Positions 1 through 24,347 are shown, counted from the first letter of the stretch. The stretch is 64,000 nt of DNA from Eimeria praecox (GCA_963920595.1 OY986949.1:3906001-3970000); one strand, 5' to 3'. Numbers and translations are program-made. Notes: a model not told the origin generated them from the sequence alone.

Positions 1-270
1 TCCTCCTATTCTTCTGTCTCCTTCTATTCTACTGTCTCCTTGATTCTGTTGTGTCTCCTTCTATTCTTCTGTCTCCTATTCTTCTGTCTCCTTCTATTCT
101 TCTGTCTCCTTCTATTCTTCTGTCTCCTTCTATTCTTCTGTCTCCTTCTCTTCTTCTGTCTCTTTTTGTTTTTATGACTGTCTCCTTTTATTCTACTGTC
201 TCCTCTTCGTCTGTCTCCTTTTTATTTTCCTGTCTTTATTTTATTTTATTGTCTCCTCTTCTGTATTAAC
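1..270. repeat. Degenerate ~18-bp pyrimidine-rich tandem repeat (TCTTCTGTCTCCTTCTAT)
   Basis: Repeated units visible from 1 to ~150, decaying after; probably intronic to the gene ending at 878. Confidence 0.7.
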
Positions 271-734
271 TAACTAAATATAATTATAATTAAATAATTA
301 AATTAATTATTTAATTAACAAATAAATATAAATAAATTAAATAAATAAATAAATATAATAAATAAATAAATAAATAAATATAATAAATAAATATAATAAA
401 TAAATATAATAAATAAATATAATAAATAAACATAAAACTACTTAAATGAATAACTACAAAACTAAATCGAAAAAATCAAAACTAAAAAACTAAAAACCAT
501 AAAAATAAAATAAAATAAAATAAAATAAAATAAAATAAAATAAAACATAATAAAATAAAATAAAATAAAATAAAATAAAATAAGTAAAATAAAATAGAAT
601 AAAATAAAACAAACTAGAACAAAATAAAATAAAACACACTAAAACAAAATAAAATTAAACTAAAACAAAATAAAATAAAATAAAATGATAAAATAAAATA
701 AAAATTAAATAAATTAAATTGTTTGTGTGTGCAG

Positions 735-878
735 GCTATGATTATCAATCCCTCTCATCGTCTGTACGCTACTTCTTGTTTTGTTTTATCTTTTCGTAGT
801 TTGTTTTGTGAGGTTAAGACAGAGAAGGAGACCCTCTCTATTCCTATTGCTGATCTAGCACAGGCACAGCGCCTATAA
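735..878 (+). CDS. Probable terminal exon of a gene starting left of the window (AMIINPSHRLYATSCFVLSFRSLFCEVKTEKETLSIPIADLAQAQRL*)
   Basis: tgtgcag acceptor ending at 734 after an AT-rich intron-like tract; 48 open high-complexity codons to TAA. Possibly a KOW/SH3-like beta domain, unverified. Confidence 0.55.
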   Translation, partial: AMIINPSHRLYATSCFVLSFRSLFCEVKTEKETLSIPIADLAQAQRL

Positions 879-969
879 TTAATTTAATCCTGCTGCTGCT
901 GCTGCTGGTGGTGGTGCTGCTGCTGCTGGTGCGGCTGTAGTAGCAGCAATAGCGGTGGCTGTAGCAGGA

Positions 970-1005
<36 letters not shown>

Positions 1006-1143
1006 CGCATGCAACGCTACAAGCGCTGCTGTTGCTGCTGCTGCTGCTGTTGCTGCTGCAGCTGCTGCTGCTCGATTTCTTTTATTTTGCGTTGTCGGTT
1101 TATCTATGAAGACATATCTGATATATCTTTAATATATACAGTA

Positions 1144-1210
<67 letters not shown>

Positions 1211-1966
1211 GAGAGGGATATAGATATAGATATATAGATATAGATACAGATATAGATATAGATATATAGATATATAGATTTATAGATATAGATATAGATA
1301 TAAATGTAGATATAGATATAGATATAAAGAGAAAGTACATATATCATAAAAGTATAAAACTATAAATCTAATTCTATATAATTGTATATATAATATAAAT
1401 TAATAATTATATATATAATATTTATATTATATACATATCTAGTTGTTGTTGTTTTTGTGTTTAGAAGCATCTAACCTTTTATTTTATATGTGTCAGGTGT
1501 ATGTACACCCCAAATACGAAGGATATCTCTTAGTTATTAAATTAACCTACCTAAACCCTAAACCCTAAACCCTAAACCCTAGACCCTTCGAGGAGGCCCC
1601 CAGCAGCAGTGGGGTTTGGTAGGATACGTTGAACTGCTGCTCTTGTTGCTTGCTGCTGCTGCTGTTGCTGCAGTTGCTGCTGCTGCTGTTGCTGCATTAC
1701 CTGACAACCTACGCAGTGTGTGTTGCTGCTGCTGCTAGCTGTTGCTGCTGCTGCTAGCTGTTGCTGCTGCTGCTAGCTGTTGCTGCTGCTGCTAGCTGTT
1801 GCTGCTGCTGCCGCAGCTAGCTGCTGCTGCTGCTGCAGCAGCAGCAGCAAGGGTCTCTCGTGTTCTGTTGGTGTTTATAAATTGATATACTAGATAGCTG
1901 CATTTGCTGCTGCTGCTTGAAGCAGCGAGAGCAGTAGCAGCAGCAAGAGAAGCTGCAGCAGCAGCT

Positions 1967-2000
<34 letters not shown>

Positions 2001-2572
2001 GTATGTTGAATATATTTATATTTGTTGTTTTCGTTTCTTCGGGATAGAGCGAGGCTTCTCCATACTTGCATGCATTGTTATCTCCTGCTATTTATATTAT
2101 TAAATATAAATTAATTTTATAATTTATAAATAATATTTTTATTAATTCAACTATTCTGCTTCTCTCTACAAATTGGAGTGTACGTACACCCTAGCTACTA
2201 CTACAGGTGCTATGCTGTACAAGGCTGCAGCATCTTCTTCTCTCTTTTAATGTTAATTATATATATTTTTATGTTTTAAATTGATTAAATTAATTAAATT
2301 AATTAATATTATTAATTTAAATATATTAAAGAACCAAAAATATACAAAGAAATACGCCTTAGTGTGGGGGGCTCTACACTGTGGCTTCGGCGTCGGCTGC
2401 TCCCTTGTTAGTTGTTTATTGTTTTCTATTTATTTTTTGTTTATTTTATTTATTTATTATAATTTAGAATTATATTTGGCTAATAGAAGATAAAATAATC
2501 TGAGAACACATACCCCCTTCAGGTGTATACTCACCTCCAGCTGGATTCAGCTGTCGGTACACCTCAAATCAG

Positions 2573-2628
<56 letters not shown>

Positions 2629-2695
2629 GCAGCAGAGCTCAGTACGAGCAACACCAAACGGGGGGGGTGCCGCCAACCCTATCAGCGGCGGCTCA

Positions 2696-10669
<7,974 letters not shown>

Positions 10670-10672
<3 letters not shown>

Positions 10673-11165
10673 ACCCTAAACCTTAGAAACCCTAAACCCT
10701 AAACCCTAGAAACCCTAAACCCTAGAAACCCTAGAAACAATAAACCCTAGAAACAATAAACCCTAGAAACCCTAGAAACAATAAACCCTAGAAACAATAA
10801 ACCCTACAAACCATAAACCCTAGAAACTCTAATAGACCCTAATAAACCCTAATAAACCCAAGTAAACCCTAATAAACCCTAATAAACCCTAGTAAACCCT
10901 AATAAACCCTAATAAACCCTAGTAAACCCTAATAAACCCTAATAAACCCTAATAAACCCTAGTAAACCCTAATAAACCCTAGTAAACCCTAATAAACCCT
11001 AGTAAAGTCTGTTAAGCCTCAAATATCATGATTGTAAATGCTTATAAAATCTTTAAAACCCTCAAACCCCCCTAAAAAACATTTGATGTAAAACCCTAGA
11101 AAACCCTAAACCCTAAACCCTAAACCATTCGGGGGTTTAGGGTTTAGGGTTTAGGGTTTAGGTGG
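10670..11165. repeat. Telomere-like AAACCCT array with 9-10-bp variants downstream of the PDI stop, ending in an inverted AAACCCT/AGGGTTT junction
   Basis: Direct reading. Confidence 0.85.
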
Positions 11166-11535
11166 GGGGGAGGGGGGGGGCTTTAAAGGTTTTATTTTTT
11201 TTTTACAGCTTCTCTTCTTATATCGCTGTAAAGAAAACCCTAAACCCTAAACCCTAGTTTGTGGTTTTGTTCTTTGATAGAGGCTTCATAGACCCCCATA
11301 CACTGCAGCTGTTGCTGCTGCTGCTGTTGCTGCTGCTGCTGTTGCTGCTGCTACTACTACTACGGCGACTAGAGCCGTTGCTGCTAGCTAGCTGCTGCCG
11401 TTGCTGCTGCTGTTGTTGCTGCTGCTGTATCCCCATACATTGCAGCTGTTGCTGCTGCTGCCGCTGCTGCTGCTGCTGCTGCTACTACTACTACGGCGAC
11501 TAGAGCTGCTGCTGCTAGCTAGCTGCTGCCGTTAA

Positions 11536-11567
<32 letters not shown>

Positions 11568-12043
11568 CTGTTGCTGCTGCTGTGTGCAGCATAGGAAGTT
11601 TGAGTTCGAAAATTATTTTATATTTTATTTTTATTTTATTTTTTTATTTTATTTATATATTTTACTATATTGTATTTATATTTTATTTTATTTGTTTACT
11701 TAAATATAAAATTAATATTTTATTTTATATTATTAGTTTAATTTATACTCTAAGACATCGCGCTGTATTTATTATATTAATTTAATTTATATTATATTAA
11801 TTTAATTTATATTAATTTAATTTATATTATATTAATTTTATATTATATTAATTTAATTTATATTTTATTATATTTATTTTATATTTTATTTATTTCGCCC
11901 ATATTTTATTTTAATTTATATTTATTTTACCCTATTCCATATTTTATTTTATTTTATTTATTATTTTAATAATAAAAAATAAAATAAGAACATATATTTG
12001 TATTTTATATTTTATTATATAAATATATATATAAATTTATTAT

Positions 12044-12109
<66 letters not shown>

Positions 12110-12423
12110 TGTTTACATCTATATTTTTTTACTTTATATTGTATTTATATTTATATTTTATTAATTTAATTTAACTTGTATTTAATTAATTTATTTTTAT
12201 TTTATATTTTATTACTTTTACACCAACTACTTCAATTTAATTTTTATTTTATTTTATTTTATTTTTATTTTATTTATTTTATTTTGTTTTCTTCTATCTC
12301 CACCACTTGCCTATTCTCCCCTAATTATTATTCTCTAGTTGTAATTAATTAATTGATTATTTCTATTTATTTATTTTCTACTTCTCGTATTTAATATTTA
12401 ATTTGGTTCATTCTGTCTACAGC

Positions 12424-12513
<90 letters not shown>

Positions 12514-12906
12514 TTAATTATTTAATATATTGTAACGAGAAAGAAAAACAAAAAGAGACAGCGAAAGGAGAAAGACATCATAATACAGAACAGCAGAAAC
12601 CCTAAACCCTAAAACCCTAAACCCTAGAACCCTAAACCCTAAACCCTAAACCCTAGCTCCTGTTTTATCAGCAAACTTAAAGCAGCGAAGGTTAGTCTTT
12701 AAACGTTAGAGGCTGGGAGCCTTGTGCTGCTGCTGCTGCTGCTGCTGCTGCTGTAAGAGCAGCAGCAGCAGCAGCAGCAGCGGCAACAGCAGCAATTGCC
12801 TACATAGCAACTCTGCTGCTGTTGCTGCTGCTGTGTTTTGTTAATCTATCAATCTGCTGCTGCTGCTGCTGCTTCATATGCTGGTGTTTCTCTTGCTGCT
12901 GTAGCT

Positions 12907-12950
<44 letters not shown>

Positions 12951-13200
12951 TTCCTTCCCTATAATTTATCTATTTGTTTTCTCCTCTACACACAATTGCT
13001 GCTGCTGTTAGATGTTGTTGCTGCTGCTACTGTTGCTGTTGCTGTTGCTGCTGGCGTATTTGCTGCTGCTGCTGCTGCTGCTGCTGTGGCTCCTGCTGCT
13101 GCAGTTTTGCTGCTGCATCAGCGTTGCTGCTGCTGCTGCGGCTCCTGCTGCTGCACTTTCTGCTGCTGCTGCTGTTGCTGCTGCTGTTGCTGCTGTCTGT

Positions 13201-13740
13201 CTATTCCTTTTTCGAAGCCTCCTCAAAATTTTCTACGAGATCAGGTACATCGTCATCGTCCTCAGTTTTCTTTTTATTATCATCTTCTGTCTTTTCGTGC
13301 TGCTGCAATGTTTTAAGTATATCTGCTGCTGTTCCCCCAGATCCCTCAGCAGCAGCAGCAGCAGCAGCAAATGCAGCAGCAGCAGACTTTCCTTGTAGAG
13401 CAGCAAATGTATTATCTCTTTCTTCCCCCTGTCCTGTTAATATATATGTGTTGTATGATGGTGCTGCTTGAATTTTGGGGTTTTTGAAGAATATACTCTT
13501 CCCATCATCTTTAATTAAATATACTTCTTCCACACCATAAATGCATGCAGCCCCAAGCTTCTTCGCTACTTGTTGTAATTTCTTCTCTTCACTTCCTGCT
13601 GTTGTTGTTTTGTGTGTTTTGACTCCTTTCCTTCTTGCTGTTCCCTTCCCCCCTAATTGCTGTGAAGCATTAAATCTCTCTCGTAAACGAGCACGAGCTG
13701 CTAGTACAGCAGGACTTAACTCTTCCTCCATCGTCATCAT
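13201..13740 (-). CDS. BTF3: Nascent polypeptide-associated complex subunit beta (BTF3-like), single exon
   Basis: QLGGKGTARRK, EEKKLQQVAKKLG, GVEEVYLIKDDGKSIFFKNPKIQAA..NTYILTG and C-terminal DDDVPDLVENFEE are canonical NAC-beta motifs. The start could be at any of three nearby ATGs. Confidence 0.95.
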   Translation of the reverse strand: MMTMEEELSPAVLAARARLRERFNASQQLGGKGTARRKGVKTHKTTTAGSEEKKLQQVAKKLGAACIYGVEEVYLIKDDGKSIFFKNPKIQAAPSYNTYILTGQGEERDNTFAALQGKSAAAAFAAAAAAAEGSGGTAADILKTLQQHEKTEDDNKKKTEDDDDVPDLVENFEEASKKE

Positions 13741-13969
13741 TGCAACAGCAGCAGCAGCAGCAGCAGCAGAAACGGTTGAGAGAGACGCGGGGGAAGCAGC
13801 AGCAGCAGCAGCAGCAGCTGCAGCAGCAGAAGCAGAGAAGAAAGATAGAAAGAAGGGAGAAAGATTTAGTAGAAGAAGCAGAAATAAATAAATATATATA
13901 TACTAGAACAACCACCACACGCAGCAGCTACTGCAGCAGCAGCACCAGCTGATGCAGCAGCAACAGCAA

Positions 13970-14005
<36 letters not shown>

Positions 14006-14161
14006 ATGCTGCTACAGAGATTTTTATATTCGAGATAGATAAGAAAGATAGATAGAAAATAATCCTTAAAACCCTCCTGCTGCTCCTGCAACAGCAACTA
14101 ATGCAGCAGCAGCAGCAGCAGCAGCAGATGCGGCAGCCAATGCAGCAGCAGTAGCAGCAGC

Positions 14162-14195
<34 letters not shown>

Positions 14196-14337
14196 AGAGA
14201 CCTCGAGAACAGCACGAAAGACAACACAAACAAATAATAAAATAATAAAATATAAACATGTATACTTTCTCTTCTCTTTATACACCGACAGAAGCAGCAG
14301 GTAGCAGCGTGGGGCAGCCAACCGCCCTTGCTGCTGC

Positions 14338-14396
<59 letters not shown>

Positions 14397-14439
14397 TTGT
14401 TGTTGTTGTTATTGCGGAGATAATAACAACGTGATAAGG

Positions 14440-16760
<2,321 letters not shown>

Positions 16761-17020
16761 GAGCTGCCTATACACCTCAGACGTTTGCTGCAATTCAATA
16801 ACCAAGTTGTTTAAAACGCAGCTTCTGCTGCTGCTGCTGCTGTTGCTGCTGCTGTTGCTGCTGCTGTTGCTGCAGCAGCAGCAGCATTTGTTGTTGCTAC
16901 TGTTGTTGTTGTTGCTGCTGCTGCTGTTGCTGCAGCAGCAGCAGCAGCAACACAAACAATATTATCTACAGCAGCAGCAACGTCAACGCCTGTCGTATTA
17001 AAATATGAGGGAGTATATTC

Positions 17021-17062
<42 letters not shown>

Positions 17063-17084
17063 TTGCTTCTTTTGCTGCTGTTAA

Positions 17085-17106
17085 TTACTCTTCCTGCTCC
17101 TCCTCG

Positions 17107-17159
<53 letters not shown>

Positions 17160-18311
17160 CTTCGCAGTTTCTCCAATCTCCTGCAAGATTGCAGCCATTC
17201 TCTTTTTCGACTCCTTTCTGCATTTTCTTCTTTCTTCTCTAATTAATTGTTTTTTTTTCAAAACAATATTTTTATATCTCGTATTATCTTGTTGTTGTAA
17301 CTGTGCTATTCTTTTAATATTTGCTGCAGCAGGATTTAATCTACGGTGTACAGACACATTCGTAATCGGATTTTTATTAATCGTCTTCTTTCTAATATTT
17401 TTGAGGGCAGGTTTAAGTTGTGTTTGTATTTCATTCGAATTAATAATCCTACTTATATCTGAGTTTACTAATAATGGCCGGGGTAGAGTATATAATGCAT
17501 TTGCATTCTTCTTTTTATTATTAAATATATTATTTAGAGCAATAAACGCGGATTCAGTAAATAAACAAAGTCTACCAAACACGCCTCCTGGTGCTAGTTG
17601 TAATATATTTAATCTATTAACATCACACAACTCTACCCCACATATATTCCTAAATGCTCTTGTTATATCCTTATCTTCATTATATATTATTAATATATTC
17701 TTCTTTATTTTATATCTTCGATTTCTTAATTTGCCTACACCACATTTAATCTTTTTATTATTCTTCACTCGCAATATCTCATCATAACACCCTAATTGTT
17801 GGAGTGTATGTACAGCGTCTTTCGTCTTTCTTAATTCTTGTATTTTATTATCTACAACAAGCGGCAGTTCCCTAATATTATCTATTTGATGGCCTCTAGC
17901 AGCAACAATAGAAGGAATAGCAGCAGCAGCAAGAGCAGCAGCAACAGCATACCTTTTAATATTTTTATTTACTTTTCGGCTCCATCTCCTCCATATTTTT
18001 GTAGGAGCGAACATACCACCTCCTCTACACATGTTCCCAAACGCAGCCTGCCCCGACCTGTGCGTTCCTCCTCCCTTCACTCTTGGTAATCTAGACACGG
18101 CCCTTCCTGTTCCCCAACTCTCTGCACTGCTTTGATAACCGCTGTATGGGGAGACGGCATAGGCCTGTCTTTTGTTTTTAGATATATTTACAAATACATC
18201 TTGTACAATATCATATCGTAAACTTGTACGAAAAACATCAGGCATTAATATCTCTCTCTTCTTTATTCCATCCATATCATACACACCTACACAAGGACGG
18301 TGTACAGCCAT
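17085..18311 (-). CDS. RPL4: 60S ribosomal protein L4 (uL4), intronless CDS
   Basis: KNKRQAYAVS, SAESWGTGRAVSRLPRVKGGGTHRSGQAAFGNMCRGGGMFAPTKIWRRW, LQLAPGGVFGRLCLFTESAF. Likely start AAG-ATG (MAVHRP) at 18311. Confidence 0.97.
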
Positions 18312-18317
18312 CTTCGT

Positions 18318-18358
<41 letters not shown>

Positions 18359-18374
18359 TTGTTGCTGTTCCTGC

Positions 18375-18406
<32 letters not shown>

Positions 18407-18581
18407 TTGATGCTCTCTGTGTCTCCAAAGCAGGAGCCTAGAGATAGAGATATTTGCTGAGGTGTATATACACACACACACAAACAAACACAAACACAAA
18501 GTTAAATATATATCTTCTTAGGGTTATATTTATTTATAGTTATATATTTATAAACATCTTCATATACGTTTGGACACAGAA

Positions 18582-18662
<81 letters not shown>

Positions 18663-18869
18663 TAATATTTATATTTATATGTTTATATATATACATATAC
18701 ATATATAGATATATAGATATATCTATCTACATATATAGATAGATAGATATAGATATAGATATAGATATATTTATTAAGATATACTTAGATATATATCAAT
18801 ACTACAAACCACGAACAATAAACAAGAAAAAAAACAAACATACAAACACACAATTAAGAACTCCTCTAA

Positions 18870-18906
<37 letters not shown>

Positions 18907-19235
18907 AGCAGCAGCAACAGCAGCAGCAGGACGACAAGCACCGCACTTCTATAAAATGCAAATAAAAAGAAGAAACCATGGATTAAAAATATTATATTTT
19001 ACAAAAACCCCACGCGTACATACACCCCGCAGCAGCAGCAGCAGCAGCAATAACAGCTCCTGCTGCAGCAGCAGCAGCAACAGCAACAGCAACAAGATAT
19101 AAACATTCTTCCTTCTCTTACGATTTATTGTATATAAAATAAATAAAATAAAATAAAAATAAAATACTAAAGAAGCAGCAACAAACAAAAACACTTAACC
19201 CTCATACGTCTACTACCTCCCCACTGCAGCAGCAA

Positions 19236-19273
<38 letters not shown>

Positions 19274-19399
19274 ACAGCAGCAGCAGCAGACAGCAGAAAA
19301 GCAACAGCAGCATCAAAAGACTCACCTTCAACAGCCAAATCTCTTCTCTATTTATTTACAGGAACAAAAACAAAAACACAAACACCCTCATCCTGTTGC

Positions 19400-19440
<41 letters not shown>

Positions 19441-19511
19441 CTGCTGCTGCGGCTGCGGCAGCTGCGGCTGCGGCTGCGGCTGCGGGTGGCCCCGCAGCAG
19501 CTGCTGCAGAG

Positions 19512-19544
<33 letters not shown>

Positions 19545-19568
19545 GGCTGCTGCTGCTGCTGCTGCTGC

Positions 19569-19601
<33 letters not shown>

Positions 19602-19930
19602 GACAGCTCCAAGCAGCAGCAGCAAGCCCTCCTGAGCTGCTGCTTCGATAAGAGTTTGTGTTTTATTGTTTTTGTGTTTGTTTTCTGCTTCTGCTTATAT
19701 CTGTTTTATATTTTTATTCAAAAGTATCTCTGCTGCCGTTGCTATTCCTCTTGTTGCTGCTATTCCTGCTGTTATTGCTGCTGTCATTGCTGCTGCTGCT
19801 GCTGCTGCTGCTGCTCCCAGTACAGCAGGGTCTCGATCACGTCTCCACCGGTGCTGCAGCAGCAGCAGCAGCAGCAGCAGCATCATCTACACATACTTTA
19901 ACGTGTTTCCTTAGGTAGTAGTAGTGGCGT

Positions 19931-19972
<42 letters not shown>

Positions 19973-20011
19973 CTGGTGTTGACCCTAGCTGTGATATAGG
20001 AGGTTGCAGCG

Positions 20012-20104
20012 ATGCGGGGGTTGCTGCTGCTGTGTGTTGCTGCTGCTGCTGCTGCGGGCTATAGAGCCCCTGTAGCAGCAGCAGCACCTCATGATTTCCT
20101 TAGG

Positions 20105-20139
<35 letters not shown>

Positions 20140-20529
20140 TGCTGCTGCTGCTGCTGCTGCTGCTGCAGGTGACGAGCTGTCCTTTGAGGATTTCGTTGCT
20201 TCTGGTGGTTTCGTTGATGATGCAGAGACAGAGAACAGCAGCAGCAACAACAACAACAGCAACAGCAACAGCAACAACAACAGCAGCAGCAGCAGCAGCA
20301 GCAACGACAAGGGGCAGTGGAGCTTCAGCAGTCTTGTTGCTGCAGCAGAAGCAGCAGGAAGAGCATTTGCAGAGACATTGATGTCTGTGGGGTTGGGGGG
20401 GGATGAGCAGCAGCAGCAGCAGCAGCAGCAGCTGCAGCAGCAGCAGCAACTGCAGCAGCAGCTGCTGCTAGAGAACGATATGCTTGATCCTGATATGATG
20501 ATGCTAGAGTATGACTTGCTGGGGGGCCC

Positions 20530-20561
<32 letters not shown>

Positions 20562-20903
20562 GGGATGTTGATGCTATATTAAAAAGTTTAAATTTAAATC
20601 AATTATCTACAGCAGCAACAGAAGGTGCTGCTGCAGCAGTTGCTGCAGCAGAGCATCAAACTCAAAAACTAGCTGCTTCTGTTGCAGCAGCAGGGAGAGA
20701 AGCACAGCAGCAACTGCAGCAGCAGCTGCAGCAGCTATACGTGGGGACTATAGATAAGGCCCAACAGATAGCAGCAGCAGCAGCAGACAGCAGAGCAGCA
20801 CAGGACCTGCAGCATTTGCTGCGGCTGCTAGAGAGAGGAGAGAAACCCTCTCTATCAGATGCAGCAGTGAGGAGATGTGCTGAGAGGTTGTCTTCTCTTG
20901 TTG

Positions 20904-20936
<33 letters not shown>

Positions 20937-20994
20937 AAGGGAAGAACACACCGATCCAGCTGTTGCATGCGTTGCTTACTCATTTCAACGCCAG

Positions 20995-21038
<44 letters not shown>

Positions 21039-21454
21039 GCAGCAGCAGCAGTAACGGGCGTAGCAGCAGAAAGAGGAGAGGGAGAAGAGGAGCTGCAGCT
21101 AGAAAACAAAATCAAACACAGACACCAGCGCTGCAGCAGATGCTGCTGCAGGTGCTGCAGGGTGCGAGTGGTATTGCCCAGCAGCAGCAGCAGCAGCAGC
21201 AGCAACTGCAGCAGCAGCAGCAGCAGCAGCAAAATGAGCAGGTGGCTGCTGCCCTTGTTGCTGCTCTACAAAACGCCACAAAGGAGACAGAGAAGGATAG
21301 CTTGCTGCAGCAGCAGCAGCAGATGCTGCAGCAGCAGCAGCAGATGCTGGATGCCCTGCAGCAGCAAATCGCTGCACTGCAGCAGCAGCAGCAGCAGCCG
21401 CAGCAGCAGCAACAGGAGCAGCAGCAGCAGCAACAGACAGCAGGAGATGAGTAA
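20012..21454 (+). CDS. Hypothetical protein with predicted signal peptide and poly-Q/A tracts
   Basis: 480-codon ATG ORF with MRGLLLLCVAAA leader and non-repetitive segments (DELSFEDFVASGGFVDD, LLENDMLDPDMMMLEYDLLGG) in one consistent frame. The 3' end may be spliced (GA|GTAAAC at the stop). Confidence 0.6.
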
Positions 21455-21756
21455 ACAGCTGTGCAGCATTCAGGTGTACAGAGAGTTCTGCCTGCAGCAG
21501 CAGCAACTGCAGCAGCAACTGCAGCAGCAGCAGCAACTGCAGCAGCAGCAGCAACTGCAGCAGCAGCAGCAACTGCAGCAGCAGCAGCAACTGCAGCAGC
21601 AACTGCAGCAGCAACTGCAGCAGCAACTGCAGCAGCAACTGCAGCAGCAGCAGCAGCAGCAGCAACTGCAGCAGCAACTGCAGCAGCAGCAGTAACTGCA
21701 GCAGCAGCAGCAGCAGCAACTCCCTCTAAAAGGTGTTCATCTCCGCACCCTCAGGC

Positions 21757-22030
21757 TAGCTGAGTATCTAGCTAGCTACCTATCTATCTAGCTAGCTATA
21801 CAGCTATCTATCTATCTATCTATCTATCTAGCTAGCTAGCTAGCTAGCTAGCTGCGGGTTCAGGGCTGCTACCGCCCCTCGGCTGCCTCTGCTCGGACGA
21901 GCCCTTACAGCTACCTACAGCTAGCTAGACAGCTAGCTAGACAGCTAGCTACCTGTGGCTAGCTAGCTAGCTAGCTAGCTACTTGTAACTAGCTAGCTGT
22001 AGCTAGCTAGCTAGCTAGCTGTAGCTAGCT
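21757..22030. repeat. (AGCT)n palindromic tetranucleotide tract
   Basis: Direct reading; lies between two convergent ORFs. Confidence 0.85.
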
Positions 22031-22353
22031 GCAGCAACCGGGGAACCCGTGTGAAGTTTCAAGCAGTTTGTTCAATCGCAGCAGCAGCAGCAGCAACAGC
22101 GGCTGCTGCTGCTGCTGCTGCTGCTGCTGTTCGAAAACCTGCTACCAAATTATGTTTATGTTTAACATGTAAACCTTCCTGCTGCTGCTGCTGCAGCAGC
22201 AGCAGCCTCTGCAGTATAGATGCAGCAGCTGCTGCTGTATAAGGAACACAACGTATACATTGCAGGCTAATAGCAGCAGCAGCAGCAGCTGCTGCAGCTG
22301 CTGCTGTTGCTGCTGCTGCTGTTGCTGCTGCTGCTGTTGCTGCTGCTGCAGGC

Positions 22354-22413
22354 TTAGATATCTAGTAGCAGTTTCTGTAGAGACCAAATCCATGAGGACG
22401 AAGCCTCCTCATG

Positions 22414-22445
<32 letters not shown>

Positions 22446-22594
22446 CCCTCTGGGTGTCTTGCTGCTGCTGCAGTGCTGCAGCATCTGCTGCAGCAAGGGC
22501 TGTGTCTTTACTTACGATCTCCCAGCAGCAGCAGAAACCTGACGGCTGCTGCTGCTTCACACGCAAAAACTTGCTGCGCTGCTGCTGCTGCTGT

Positions 22595-22647
<53 letters not shown>

Positions 22648-22725
22648 GGGGTTGATGACTCGTATGAGCTCTACAACCAATCTCCTGTGGCACTGCGGGC
22701 ACACCTTTACAAACTCCCGCAGCAC

Positions 22726-22764
<39 letters not shown>

Positions 22765-23096
22765 GCTGCTCTCCCTGTCTGCTCCTGAACTGTAGAGACA
22801 GCTGCAGCACGTAGGGACCCTGCTGCTGCTGCTGCAGCAGCTGCTGCTGCTGCTGCAGCAGCTGCTGCTGCTGCTGCAGTGATGCGGCAGCCTGCTGCTG
22901 CTCAGAACACAGCAGCAGCCAGGCTGCAGCTGCCACCGCCCTGATAGGTTGCTGCTGCTGCTGCTGCTGCTGCTTGCCTCTCGAGCTCCTACCGTGTGGC
23001 AGCAGCAGCAGCAGCTGCTGCTGCTGCTGCTCCTGCTGCAGCAGCTGCTGCTGCAGCAATTGGTTAGAGCAGGACTGTAATATCTTTTACAAGACA

Positions 23097-23135
<39 letters not shown>

Positions 23136-24311
23136 AGTCAAAGGAGCATGCCGAGTTTCTCCTGCAGCAGCATCTGCAGCAGCTATCCTGCTGCAGCAGC
23201 AGCAAATCATCAGCTGGGGGTGTGGGGCCGTAGCAGCAAGTTGCTGCACTCGTGCTGCTGCAGGGGCTTCCACAGGACGACGCCTCCCACTGATGGCACA
23301 GCATAGACAGCGTCTCGTGCTGCTGCTGCTGCTGCTGTTGCTGCTGTTGCTGCTGCTGCTGCTCCTGCTGCTGCTTACTCTGCTGCAGCAGCAAAAGCTG
23401 GCGCGGCTCCTCCTGTCTCTGCTGCTCTAACGGCTGCAGCAACTGTATAATAGATGAAGAATTCCTGCTGCTGCTGCTGCTGCTCCTGCTGTTGCTGCTG
23501 CTGTTCCTCATCCTGCTGCTGCTGCTGCTGCTGCTGTCTCGTCGCAAACCCGAGAGGCAGCCTTCATCTACTCTGCTGCTGCCGCTGCAGCAGCTGATGC
23601 TGCAGTCTGCATGCACTCCTGCTGTAGCACCTACTGGTCTTGCAGCAGCAGCAGCAACTGCTGCTGCTGCTGCTGCAGCAGCAGCAGCAGCAGCACATCG
23701 CTGCTCGTTTTCTTGCTGCAGCTCCAACAGCCGGGATCGCAGCTTCTGTTCTTCCGATCGAAGGCGCTCCTGCTGCTGCTGCAGCAGTTGCTGCTGCAGC
23801 AGGAGAGGTTGCTGCTGCTGTTGCTGCTGCAGCAGGAGAGGTTGCTGCTGCTGTTGCTGCTGCAGCAGGAGAGGTTGCTGCTGCTGTTGCTGCTGCTGCT
23901 GTAGCAGTAGGAGCGATTGTTGTTGTTGTTGCTGCTGCTGCAGCAGAAGCGGTTGATGAATTTGCTGCAACAGGAGCTGCTGCTGTTGCTGCTGTTGCTG
24001 CTGTTGCTGCTGCTGCTGCTGCAGGGCCTCTTCGTACTGTGCTTGATACACTGCTATAGGGATGTGCTGCTGCTGCTGCTGCTGCTGCTGCTTGTGCTGC
24101 TGCTGTTTTTGCTGCTGCTGTTTCTGCTGCTGCTGCGACGCTTGCTGCGGCTCTACCGGGCTATCTGCCTCCTGCCTGCTGCTGCTGCTGCTGCCGATAT
24201 CTGCTGCACCAGCAGCAGCAGCAGCAGCAGCAGAACGAGGCTGTCGTAGAGTGTTGGATGCTGGCGTCTCTACATCTGTAGACAGAGTCAGCAAGTCCTC
24301 TGCAGCAGCAC

Positions 24312-24347
<36 letters not shown>

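Noticed and set aside
18312..18428. N-terminal poly-Ala extension of RPL4 in the ORF track
   Set aside because: Starts at TTG; similarity to uL4 begins at the ATG at 18311.
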